A stretch of DNA of 64,000 nucleotides from Octopus vulgaris (GCA_951406725.2 OX597828.1:26908001-26972000), one strand, 5' to 3'. Counted from the stretch's first letter, positions 12,488 to 24,509 are shown. Notes: a model not told the origin generated them from the letters alone. Numbers and translations: made by a program.

Positions 12488-12704
12488 ATTATCATTTAAC
12501 ACACTCACCAGTAAAGTTTCCACTCACTTACTTATTTGTTTTAAAATATGTAAATGAGTGGAAATTTTACTGGTGAGTGTGTTAAATAATAAAGCACGAA
12601 AAGAGAATGACTCTCCCCAGACACAATAAAATATGGTTCAACACACGAACTCACATACAGAATCTTGCAAACCAGATCCAAAAATGAAATATATATATAT
12701 ATAT

Positions 12705-13000
12705 GGTGACACGTAAAAAACACCGTCTGAACGTGGCAGATGCCAGCACCGCCTGACTGGCATTCGTGTCAGTGACACGTAAAAGCACCAACCGATCGTG
12801 ACAGTTTACCAGCGCGCTCTGGCCCCTGTGCCGGTGGCACGTAAAAAACACCCACTACACTCAATGAGTGATTGGCGTTAGAAACACTGCCAAATCAGAC
12901 TAGAGCCTGGTGCAACCTCCATGGCTTCCAGACCCTGGTCAAACCGTCCAAGCCATGCTAACATGGAAAACGGACGTTAAATGATGATGTTGATGATGAT
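12705..13000 (+). mobile_element. SINE-like family B
   Basis: Internal ggtg.cacgtaaaaa repeats, (GAT)n tail. Confidence 0.85.
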
Positions 13001-13759
13001 ATATAATGTATATACATACATATATTTGATGTTTCGAATACTAATTCAATTTAGAACAATTGTATATACATACACATATGCTGGTGTGTTTATATATGTG
13101 GGCATTGTTGAAATTTTCGTTTCTTCTCTTTTCTAAGCTTTCATTTAAAAACTCTGGCATTTCTTGAAAGATTGCAGAGTCCCTTCCATTCATTACCAAC
13201 TTCTGGTTTAATACTTTCTTTATTGGACAAAGTTATTTGATGCTGCTTATGATGATAATGATGATCATAAATGTGAATTCTGCTCTGCAATACATCACAT
13301 AATAACAAGGCACACAGAACTCAGCTGTTGCTTGATGTACTGCTTAGGTCACGATTAACCTAACCCCTTTCCATACAAATTCATGCAAGACAACTGCTGG
13401 TCCTATAAAACAAATCCTCTCGTTTAAAAGGACTCTTATTTTAATTAAAAAATTGAAACTGTCCATCGTTATTTTAAACGGGAACCTTTCATTCTGTTAT
13501 GTTCCAAACACCTGGTCAATAATGGCAAAGTGAGTTATTTTTACTTAATCCTACTAAATTGGTGAATATTCTTCAAATTAATTGAACTGTGTGTCGGCAG
13601 GCAATTTATTTGAAATACGGTTTTAAATAGAAGTAGGAGAAGTGGGGCTCTTCTCAAAGATCACTGGGTTAATGTTACTTGATAGGGTGCCTAATTTGGA
13701 GATCGGAAAGTCTCACCAGGTCAAGCTGATCCTTCTACAAATTGAGAGATCACAGCTCT

Positions 13760-14098
13760 CATCATCATCATTGTTCGACCGTGGTCGAGACAATGGAATT
13801 TACCATGCTACTCCAGACTTCACAGTCCATCATAGCATTATGGAGGTCCTGTTGCTGGATGCCTGTATCCCTGGATGGGACGCCGGTCCGTTGCAGGCGA
13901 GCTGCAAGATGCAGGAGGAAAGAGTGAGAGAAAGTTGTGGCGAAAGTGTCAGCAGAAGTTTGCCATTACTTTCTGCCAGAGCCGCATGAGCTTAGGTGTT
14001 TTGCTCATAAAAACACACATCATTCAGTCTGAAATTCGAACTCGCGATCCCTCGACCGTGAGTCTGCTGCTGTAAACACTAGGCCATGTGCCTCCACA
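13760..14098 (-). mobile_element. tRNA-derived SINE, family D (tail variant 1)
   Basis: Head tgtggaggcacatggcctagtg...gagttcgaat; body shared with 14548-14915 and 42256-42554. Confidence 0.85.
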
Positions 14099-14197
14099 AT
14101 GATTATTAATAGTATGTAGAATATTGGGTTAAAAAGCCATTTTGGATAGTAGACAAAGGCTGCCCCTGGGATAGGGACCTATATTGCTTGTAAACAT

Positions 14198-14261
<64 letters not shown>

Positions 14262-14547
14262 ACACACGTCTTGTGCCAGTCATTAGACTTCAGTGATGCT
14301 GGGGTACTGTCTTGAAGGGTTCATTTGGACAAATTGATCCCAGGGCATACTTCAAGTTTGGTACTTAAGCTGTCAGTTTCTTTTGCTGCAGTGTGAAGTT
14401 AGGGAGATGTAAACAAACCAAGGCTGGTTGTCATGTAGTGACAGGGTACATATACAAAACCACATAAAAGGCAGAGTACCCCAGCATAGCTTCAGTCTCT
14501 GGCTGAAAGTGATAATGGAAAACATGCACACACACACACACACATCA

Positions 14548-14915
14548 TGGCACTGTCAGTTACAATGATGAGGATCCCAGCTGATCCGATCAATGGAACA
14601 ACCTGCTTGTGAAATTAACATGCAAGTGGCTGAGTACCCCACAGACATGTGTACCCTTACCGTAGTTCTCGTGGAGATTCAGCATGACACAGTGTGTGTG
14701 ACAAGGCTGGCCCTTTGAAATACAGGTACAACAGAAACACGAAGAAAGAGTGAGAAAAAGTACGGCAGGGTTTGCCACCAACCCTTGCCGCAGCCTCATG
14801 TAGCTTTAGGTGTTTTCACTGAATAAACACTCACAATGCCTGGTCTGGGAATCAAAACCACGATCCTACGACTGCGAGTCCTCTGCCCTAACCACTGGGC
14901 CATTGCGCCTCCACA
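14548..14915 (-). mobile_element. tRNA-derived SINE, family D (tail variant 2)
   Basis: Head tgtggaggcgcaatggcccagtggttagggcag; 3' part shared with diverged copies near 33630 and 48670. Confidence 0.85.
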
Positions 14916-14926
14916 CACACACACAG

Positions 14927-15129
14927 ATCGACCCCAGTGCGTAACTGGTACTTAATTTATCGACCCTGAATGGATGAAAGGCAAAGTCGAGGTCGACTTT
15001 GCCTTTCATCCATTCGGGGTCGATAAATTAAGTACCAGTTACGCACTGGGGTCGATGTAATCGACTTAATTCGTTTGTCTGTCCTTATTTGTCCCCTCTA
15101 TGTTTAGCCCCTTGTGGGTAGAAAAGAAA
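14927..15129 (+). mobile_element. 5'-truncated SINE family C with a fold-back inverted duplication
   Basis: 14993-15129 matches the 3' part of the copy at 41456-41686; 14927-14990 is the reverse complement of 14993-15056. Confidence 0.9.
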
Positions 15130-15565
15130 CATATATTGTACTTTTGTATGCATGTGTATACACAGACACACACTTGATACATATATATACTCTGAATAAA
15201 CACTACACATGAACAGCACTTACCACACACATGCACACACATGCACACTTCATACGTATACACTTTCAGTAAGCAATACACATCAACATGCACCTCTTAC
15301 TACACACAAAGACACACACACACACACATGGAAAGATAGAAAGACAGAAAGAGAGAGAGAGAGAGACAGAGCAGTGAAGGTGATAAGCAAGCAGTGTGTC
15401 ACGGCTCTGTTCATTTACAAATAATGTGAGACTGAGTGGAAATGTTGGAGTGCTTGGGTTACAAGCGAGGAACCAGTGTTGCTGGATCATATTAGCGACT
15501 AATCTGAGAACTGCAGCTGTTACTACGGCTCTCCTTAGAAAGACGACACTAAGCTGCTGGCTGGT

Positions 15566-15610
15566 GCGGGGCGGGGCGGGGGCGCGGGCGGGTGGGGTGG
15601 GGGGTGGGGG
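15566..15610 (+). promoter_or_regulatory. GC-box cluster / strong G-quadruplex motif
   Basis: gcggggcggggcgggggcgcgggcgggtggggtggggggtggggg: overlapping GGGGCGGGG boxes and eight G-runs; function unproven. Confidence 0.4.
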
Positions 15611-17080
15611 AAACAAGACATAAAAGCAAAAAAGGCAAAAAATAATAAAATTGAAGAAAATAAGCAAATAAGCTTCAATAGAAGTTTCATAATATAAAAA
15701 AAAATAATAATAAAATAGATAAAAATAATAATAATAATAATAATAATGAAATCATAGTGATGATGATGATGATGATGATAAAAATAGTACAAATAGCAAA
15801 GAGTGAGGTGGTGGTGGTGGTGGTGGTGGTGGTTGAGGTGGGTGGAATAAATAAAAATGAAAGTAAAAGACGAGACAAGAACATTAAAAGAAAAAAAAAA
15901 AAAACGTATCTTGAAAGCTAAAAATATGAGGACTTTCGGTGAAAATAACCCCTGCATCTTGAACTGGGAATGTACTATTTGGTGTGTCCTCATTTAAAGA
16001 TACCACCGAAATAGCATTTGAGTGTATGCGTGTATTTTTGTGTGTGTGTGTGTGTGAGTGCATGTGCATACATGTTTTTACCCAGTTTTGCATAAGCATT
16101 AATTGAGCACTTTAATGTTTTCGTGTGAACTGCATCGTGCATATAACGTGGCTATGAATGTCTCTGCATACACACACAGACACATACATATATATACATA
16201 TATATGTGTGTGTGTGTGTGTATGTATGTATGCACACCCTCATAAAGTCTTTTAGATTTTGGAAAATAAAACACAGTGAATGAAATATGCATTCAAAATA
16301 TCAAGTGCTGCCTTATTTAGAGGACATTCTGTGACTATGTGTATGTATGTATGTGTGTGTGTGTGTATATATATGTGTGTGTGTATACAGTCACACACTC
16401 ATACATATAAATATCCACACATATATACACACACACATACATGCCTATATGATACTCAGTGAGGTGTTTGAAGATGAAATGCAGTTAATTAAAAAACACC
16501 TGTACATGCTTTGAGAACCGTATGTATATAATACCCTCATACAACATGAACACACACACACATTTTATATACACACATTTAAACACACATACACACACAC
16601 ATACTTTATACATTTAATTCATACACATGTAGTATGTATATGTACACAATAATCTGCTTGGTCTCATATATGCAAAATTCCATCTGATCAGTTAGATGTG
16701 TGTTATAAGCACAAATGTATCATAATAGCATCAGACATACATTTGCAGAGAATGACATTTGACATTCTTGTTGGCGCTGGTAGAGAATGTGAAGTGTATG
16801 GAAACTTGTTGTAAGTTTGTGTGAAATAAGTCATCTGGAAACGGAACTACTCAAAGACTATTTTCTAAAGACATTCATTAAGATTTAATATTTGTAGGTT
16901 CGAGTGTAGCAGTTTGGTTTAGAAGTTTATATCTCGTCCACATGGTCCTGGGTTCAGTCACACTGCATGGCACCTTGGGCAGGTGTCTTCTATAACCTTG
17001 GGCTGACCAAAGCCTTATGAGAGGATTTGGTGCATGGCAACAAAAACAAGCTTGTAATCTGTGTAAATATATATATATAT

Positions 17081-17697
17081 AATACGTACTAATACATACT
17101 AGTACATACTAATACTTACACCAACCCTATACATACACACGTCCAGACCCCGCATACGCACTTATACTCTCTCACACACACACACACACACCTATACATA
17201 CCAATACGTACTAATACATACTAATACATACTAATACATGCACCAACCCCATACATACGCACGTCCAGACCAATCTTACGCACTAATACTCTCTCATACA
17301 CACACACACACACACACACACCCTTATACATACTAATACATACACCAACCCTATACATACACACATCCAGACCCCTCCCACGCACTTTTAGCTGGTCCCT
17401 CAACCCGTTTATCAACCCTATTATCTCCCCTTATTTCGCTCTCGCGTCTCATGTTTGATCTTTGACCTCTGGCCGAAATCAGATCGCCATGTTGATTCGT
17501 TAGCTACTGCACGCATTTTTTTTCTCTCCTTCTTTCTGTGTTTTTCTCTCTCTGTGTATCTTTCTGTTGAAGAGCGTAGGCTCGAAACGTTAAAGACTTG
17601 TTTTATTTATATTTCCTGAGCGCCATACTAATACAATTGTTCGTTTGTTTTCCACCTGCCTTCGTCTTTTGTTTATTTTCATAAAGCTTCCCGTTAT
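17081..17697 (+). mobile_element. Hammerhead-bearing short element (A6U family), long copy with ~2.5 tandem ~120-bp units upstream
   Basis: 3' ~215 bp homologous to 24110-24333, 24510-24692 (rc) and 60596-60761; ends in (TA)n. Confidence 0.75.
17559..17596 (+). ncRNA. Minimal hammerhead-like motif with CUGUUGA core
   Basis: tcttt-CTGTTGA-a-gagc gtag gctc-GAAA-cg-TT-aaaga; stems I and II perfect, palindromic ACGU stem III. Confidence 0.65.
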
Positions 17698-17892
17698 ATA
17701 TATATATATATATATACGTTTAAATATTTGTTGTGCAAGATTTTTTATGTGAAGTCGTGTGTTGAAACAGATATTGTTATATTTCGGAATGGTCATATTG
17801 CCAGTTTAGCCAATAAAAACACATGCACTATATATTTGGTGTTATTTTGCTTCAGTGATATTTATTTTTTACATTAATCTTAATCTTATTTC

Positions 17893-17937
17893 GGCCAAAG
17901 TTCTTTCGTCACACTCCTGTGACCGCATCAGTGGTCC
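17893..17937 (-). ncRNA. Degenerate minimal hammerhead motif
   Basis: Minus: ggacca-CTGATGC-g-gtcac aggagt gtgac-GAAA-gaac-TT-tggcc; sister motif at 18203-18235. Confidence 0.55.
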
Positions 17938-17956
17938 TTTGTTTTCTTCTCACTTA

Positions 17957-18103
17957 TTTTTACGTGCCACCTGCACGGAGGCCAGTTGGAGCGGTGCTGG
18001 CAACGGCCACGTTCGGATGGTTCTCTTACATGCCACCGGCGCTGGTATCACAGCTACAATTTCCATTGATGTTGATCGATTTCTATCTTGATTTTGATTT
18101 TGA
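17957..18103 (-). mobile_element. SINE-like family B, 5' part
   Basis: Reverse complement of 37273-37410. Confidence 0.8.
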
Positions 18104-18202
18104 TATATACATGTTGTTATATTTCGGAAACGTAATTTTTTCATTGTCAAATAAACACAAGCATTTGCTCATTACTGTTCTTATTTTATGTCCATTGTTT
18201 GG

Positions 18203-18235
18203 AAATCTTGCGTCACACACCTGTGACCTCTTCAG
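18203..18235 (-). ncRNA. Degenerate minimal hammerhead motif
   Basis: Minus: CTGAAGA-g-gtcac aggtgt gtgac-GCAA-gattt; stem I replaced by an adjacent family A SINE fragment. Confidence 0.4.
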
Positions 18236-19034
18236 TTTCTGTCCACCAAACTTACTCATAAGACACTTGTTGATCCAAATTAATAGTAGAAGACACTTAC
18301 TCAAGGTGCCAAACAGTGGGACTGAACTAAAAACCTTGTGGTTGCAATATGTGCTTCTTAACCTCACAGCCATGACTGCACCTAGTAGTTTGTTTTCTTT
18401 TATTGATCTCTGAAAAGATGAAAAAATCAAGCTATGTTGTTGTGGTTTGAACTCAGGGATGTCAGAACTAATACCACAAGGTATTTTACTTCATACTTCA
18501 ACAATTCTACCAATTTTCCAGAAAACCCAAAAAATGACTTTTGCTTGATTTTTCTTTTTCTTGTTTTTTTTTGTATTTAATGTTTTGTAGTTTTATTTTT
18601 AGACTTCTGTCAATGAATTTGACTGATTTATAATGAACTCAGCTAAAGTAATTATCAGTCTTTCAAGTACTTATCTTGTTTAATTGGTTTTTTTTTTTTT
18701 TTTTGGTTTTTTTTTTGTCTGTTACTTAATCGACTTGTACAGAGATGATGATAACAACAATAACAGTTTCGAAATGTTAGGCCCTAGGCCAACTGTTTTG
18801 AGGGACAGGGTGTAGGTTACACTGAATCAAGTACTTTACTGGTACTTTATTTATTGGACCCTGAAAGGCTGAAATTCAAAGTTGACTTTGGTGGAATTGG
18901 AATTTGGAATACTGAGGTGGACAAATACGTGTATGTGTGTGTGTGTCAATACATACACACATTATACATATGTGCATGGTGTGTGTCTGTATATATATAA
19001 TATATATATATATAAAAATATATATATATATATT

Positions 19035-19218
19035 CAGGTGGCACGTAAAAAGCACCCACTACACTCACGGAGTGGTTGGTGTTAGGAAGGGCATCCAGCT
19101 GTAGAAACACTGCCAGATCAGACTGGGCCTGGCGCAGCCTTCTGGCTTCCCAGACCCCAGTTGAACCATCCAACCCATGCTAGCATGGAAAACATACATA
19201 AACGATGATGATGATGAT
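19035..19218 (+). mobile_element. SINE-like family B
   Basis: caggtggcacgtaaaaagcacc...aacgatgatgatg. Confidence 0.88.
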
Positions 19219-19463
19219 ATATATATATTATTCAAAGGAATTTGAACTGTCTGTTTTTTATGTTTTATTTATATTCTTTATAATATAAATGTAGAATATA
19301 GAATATATAGTATAAATAGTATATATAGTGTAAAATGAAATGAAGTATTGATTGTCTTATTGAATAGATGAAATATTGAACATCAAATATTAAGGGACCA
19401 GTATACTTTCTTGCATTAAAGCAGTCTTCAAGGTCCCAGGTTGTGACAGGAGTGTATGTATAT

Positions 19464-19871
19464 AGGCGCAGGAGTGGCTGCTTACCAAGCACATGGTTCC
19501 AGGTTCAGTCCCACTATGTGACACCTTGGACAAGTGTCTTCTACAATAGCCTCGAGCTGACCAAAGCTTTGTGAATGGATTTGGTAGACGGAAACTGAAA
19601 GAAGCCCGTTGTATATATATGTGTGTGTGTGTGTATATATATATAATACTTGTATATATATGTGTGTCTGTGTTTGTCCCCACCCCACCATCAATTGACA
19701 ACCAATGTCAGTGTGTTTATGTTCCCCTTACTTAGCAGTTCGGGAAAAGAGACCGATAGAATAAGTACTAGGCTTACAAAGATTAAGTCCTAGGGTTAGT
19801 TTATTTGGCTAAAGGTTGTGCTCCAGCATGGCTGCAGTCAAATGACTGAAAGAAATTATAGAATAAAAGAA
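19464..19871 (+). mobile_element. SINE family A
   Basis: Near full-length, small deletion in the head. Confidence 0.9.
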
Positions 19872-19914
19872 TGTATATGTGTGTGTGTATGTATATATAT
19901 CTCTCTCTCTCTCT

Positions 19915-20133
19915 CTCTTTTACTCTTTTACTTGTTTCAGTCATTTGACTGCGGCCATGCTGGGGCACCGCCTTTAATCGTGCAACTCGACCCCGGGACT
20001 TATTTTTTTGTAAGCCCAGTACTTATTCTATCGGTCTCTTTTGCCGAACCGCTCGGTAACAGGGACATAAACACACCAGCATCGGTTGTCATGCAATGCT
20101 AGGGGGACAAACACAGACACACAAACACACACA

Positions 20134-20179
<46 letters not shown>

Positions 20180-20338
20180 TATATATACGATGGGCTTCTT
20201 TCAGTTTCCGTCCACCAAATCAACTCACAAGGCTTTGGTCGGCCCAAGGCTATAGTAGAAGACACTTGCCCAAGGTGCCACGCAGTGGGACTGAACCTGG
20301 AGCCATGTGGTTGGTAAACAAGCTACTTACCACACAGC

Positions 20339-20388
<50 letters not shown>

Positions 20389-20510
20389 TCCAACTCACAA
20401 GGCTTTGGTCGGCCCGAGGCTATAGTAGAAGACACTTGCCCAAGGTGCCACGCAGTGGGACTGAACCTGGAACCATGTGGTTGGTAAACAAGCTACTTAC
20501 CACACAGCTA
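19915..20510 (-). mobile_element. SINE family A (19915-20342) plus a local duplicate of its head (20390-20510)
   Basis: Both segments share variants such as caactcacaa and gaacctgg. Confidence 0.9.
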
Positions 20511-21214
20511 CGATATATATATATATATGTGTGTGTGTATGTATGTATGTTTGCTACACATATATATTAGTGCTGGTACCAGAAAACGAGCATGCAGTAT
20601 ATTCTGTAAAGTGGTAGGCATTTGGAAGGGCATCCTACCATACAAAATCAGCTGAAGGCAAAACAGGAGCAAGATGTCATCCTCCTCACCAATCTATAAC
20701 AATTTCTGAACCCCCTTCTCCCCAGTTTATCTAAAACAATAGAATAACTATTGTCAGGAGCAAATCATTATGGGAGATTCCTTAGCACCTTAATCTCTTC
20801 TTGCTAATTTCGTTTAACCTGTTAGACTAATTTATTCATTTTGTGTTTTCAATTTTGTTTTCACAAAAACTTTGACCTGTTGCGAAAGAAAACAAATATT
20901 TTTTTCTTTTTGATATTTCTTTTGTTCTCATTCTTATTTGTTTCATCTTTTGTTCTTGTCTTATATATTTTTTTTACTTTTGTCTTTTTACCTTATGATG
21001 GTCCTTTTATGTTTTTTTATTATTATCTATTTGTTTGTTTGTGTGTTTATATATTGGAGTGCGAATGTGAGGCATAGATCATCATCATCGTCATTTGTAA
21101 TGTTTTTCCTATACTGTCATGAGTTGGACAACATATTTTAAGGCAGGGTATTATGGTTTGATACCTCCCTGCTGCCAACTTCATTAGCAGCTTCTCATGA
21201 CAAGCAGAGATATG

Positions 21215-21624
21215 GGATCTTTTCGGTTTGAATGGCAGTTTTTTGAAATAATTTCCACGTTACTAAACACTTTTAAACTTCGTATACTGGTAGAATGTGT
21301 TTATAAAACATTTTTTTCTCTTGGCTTTATTGAGAAAATTCTATAGTTTGTAATATATTTGTTGTTTTTTTCTTCAATTTCTGCAATTTCAACCAATCAA
21401 TGACGTCTATTGAGGTGAAAACATTCTGTGTCGTATGAATATGTCCCTCGTTTAAGAAACAGATTGAGTTTATTTACATTTGTGAAGAAAAAAAGATACC
21501 CTTCCTCCCACCCCTAACCCTAAAAGAGATTGAAATGCAATAGATCAATACTAGGGTCATAATTATGGGTGACAATTTCATATGACACCACTAGAAAAAA
21601 CTGACGTTCAAACTGAAAAGATCC
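21215..21624 (-). mobile_element. Merlin-like MITE, second copy
   Basis: Same TIRs, inverted body; flanks gagatatg/gaaatatg. Confidence 0.85.
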
Positions 21625-21974
21625 GAAATATGATGTACCTACTCTAAAAGCCAGGATGTCTTGGCCTAACGACCCTTAACGTTTGTTTTTGTCGATTGTT
21701 CACTTTGTATGTCCATTCTGTTGCTGCTTGTTTAATCAAAGCCCTAACTCTCCACAAATATCATATTTTAAAAATTTCTTGATGCTGCTGTCTTATGAAG
21801 TTTTCCTATCTTGTTGTTAAAAGCACGAAACCAGGAGTTGTAAAACAGTTAACAACTGATGAGCGAATTATCTTCTTTTGGTATTTTGTCTTGCACTTAC
21901 CACTCATATTTACGTATTTCTCACTTGTCGGTGAAGTCTTGTACTTATTGTGTATTTTATATATATATCTGTAT

Positions 21975-22189
21975 ATATAGAAATACAATAAGAGGCTTCC
22001 AAACAGAAAAGCCTTCTGCTAGAAAGAGCAGTAGAAAACTCAAATAGGGAAATAGTTGAGATGGTAAACGTTTTTAATTTTCATTCCTTTCAAGAATTTA
22101 TCCTTATTTGGTGGTTTGAGTTTTCTACTGCTCTGCTCTTTCTAGCACAAGGCTTTCCTGTTTGGAAGCCTCTTATTGTATTTCTATAT
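21975..22189. repeat. Inverted repeat, ~70-bp arms, ~70-bp spacer
   Basis: atatagaaatacaataagaggcttccaaacag...ctcaaa (21975-22044) versus its reverse complement at 22115-22189. Confidence 0.9.
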
Positions 22190-22281
22190 GAATAATATAT
22201 AGTCTAATGACTAATTCGTTTTTTGTGCTAGGCCACTGGTAATAATAATTTCTTATTACCCTATTATTATTTATATGTATA

Positions 22282-22712
22282 CTAGCAGCATAGCCCGGCG
22301 TTGCCCGGGTATGTAAGAGACCCTAGTAGGCAACGACTAATCCCAATCTAGTCCTTTCCCTCTAGGGAACGAAGGCGCATGTGTAGGTTGCAATGTCTTC
22401 TCTTCACTCGAATACTTCTGTGTATACAATGTTCCTAGCTGTCCCTTTGGGCGATAAAATGGTTGAGTTGTGTCCCCTAGACAGAAAATGTGTTGCATAT
22501 AAAAAGCTTAGATTCTCGACCCCATGTCGAATTTATCGATTTTTTCACAACTGGGGAAACTTTTCAAAACTTTAGCTGTGTTAGTTTTGAATTATGACAT
22601 TGGGCTATGTGTGTGTCAAGTTTCATCAGAATCGGTTGAAAGCTGTGGTCAGGGTGAGGGTACAACCTGACAGACACACAGACAGACAAACTGCCGTTTA
22701 TATATAGAGAGA
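22282..22712 (-). mobile_element. Non-autonomous Helitron
   Basis: 5' TC, 3' hairpin cccgggcaacgccggg plus CTAG, A|T target. Confidence 0.85.
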
Positions 22713-23225
22713 TATATAGAGAGTGAGAGTTAAAAAAATACAGCTGGAGAAAGCACAAAGTGTATATTTTAGAGAATGTTTAATACTTTTGTTACAGTTA
22801 GTGATTTAAAATATAACTGCTTTCAATGTATCCATCTTATCAAATATCAAAAAATTTAGGGGGAAGTCCAAGAGAAAAAGAATGGGGGTCAGCAGTTTGA
22901 ACCCATGTTTTAGTGCATACATTTGTGTGTGTGTGGTTTAAAAGAAATATAACATGGACATGAGGTAAAAAAAAACAATGTATTTGGTTTATGCCTAGGA
23001 AATACGGAAGAGTCTTATGTTTTGAGTATATGCTCTCTGTCTGAAAGAAAGAATAGTGAAGGAGAGAAAGGAGTAAAGAATGACTTCGGATGTATATAAT
23101 GGTTATGGTATGCTGAATCACATATGCATGTATGCGGGCAGTACAATGAAATAATAACAGATGGACAAGCAACTGTTAATGACATCAAAGCATTTATAAA
23201 ATAGAGACACAGAAGTGAATATGTT

Positions 23226-23258
<33 letters not shown>

Positions 23259-23409
23259 GTTTGTGAAGGTGTGTGGCTGAGTGGTTTGGGCATTCAGCTC
23301 AGAATCGTAAGGTCGTGAGTTCAATTCCCAGCTATACATTGTGTCCTTGAGCAAGATCGGATGGTTCGCTTACTTGTCACCGGCACTGGTATCACAGCTG
23401 CAATTTCCC

Positions 23410-23480
<71 letters not shown>

Positions 23481-24062
23481 ACACATGCATTTATATAGAC
23501 ATAAGCACATATCCACACATATATGCATGCAGTAATATAAGCATACACATACACAGATATAGGTGCAAGTATAAATACATATTTTGTACATACAAATACA
23601 CACACACTCACATATTTGAAAGAATTACTAAAAGTGATTAGAATTTGAAATTTTTATATATTGACAAATCTGTCTCAATTTTTAAGCTTTTTCTCTGTTA
23701 CTATATATATATATATATATATGTACACGCAAACGCACACACACTCACACACACATGCACACACACATACACACACACACACAAGCTCATTATTATTCAC
23801 TTTTTTCTGTTAGATGTGTGTTTCTCTTTTGCTACATTACCTTCACTCGCTAAAACATTTTCAGATACACACACACGCACACATTTCTCTCTCTCTCTCT
23901 CTCTCTCTCTTTTATACATGTTGTATGGTTAAGAAGCTCACTTTCAAATCATATGGCTTTAGGTTCAGTTCCACTGCATTGCACTTTTGGCAAATGTCTT
24001 CTAGTATAGTCCTGGGCCATCCTATATGCTTTCCATAAACTTGGAAGTCTACCACATCTGTC

Positions 24063-24104
<42 letters not shown>

Positions 24105-24109
24105 CAGAT

Positions 24110-24331
24110 AGATCGCCATGATAGGTCGTTAGCCACTACACACGTTTTTTTTCTCCTTTTTTCTTTTGTTTTACTCTCCTTGTTTCTCTCCTTGTTTTTT
24201 CTGTGTCCCTTTCTGTAGAAGAGCGTAGGCACGAAACGTAAAAGACTTTTTCTATTCCTAGCATTATACTAATACATCTGTTTGTTTTGTACACCACCTG
24301 TCTTCGTCTTTTGTTTTTTTCGTAAACTCTT

Positions 24332-24333
<2 letters not shown>
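24110..24333 (+). mobile_element. Hammerhead-bearing short element (A6U family); motif at 24206-24246
   Basis: ccttt-CTGTAGA-a-gagcgtaggcac-GAAA-cg-TA-aaaga; between (GA)n and (TA)n. Confidence 0.75.
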
Positions 24334-24388
<55 letters not shown>

Positions 24389-24509
24389 CTAAGGAGAATT
24401 AATCATTATGCCAATATTTGTTTCAACACACAAATTCAGTTGAAGTATCTTGCAAACCAGATATGAAAACGATGTGTGTGTGTGCATATAAGTATATATA
24501 TGTATATAT

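Noticed and set aside
14840-14915. tRNA gene
   Set aside because: tRNA-like SINE head continuing into a SINE body; no complete cloverleaf. The same applies to the heads of families A and C.
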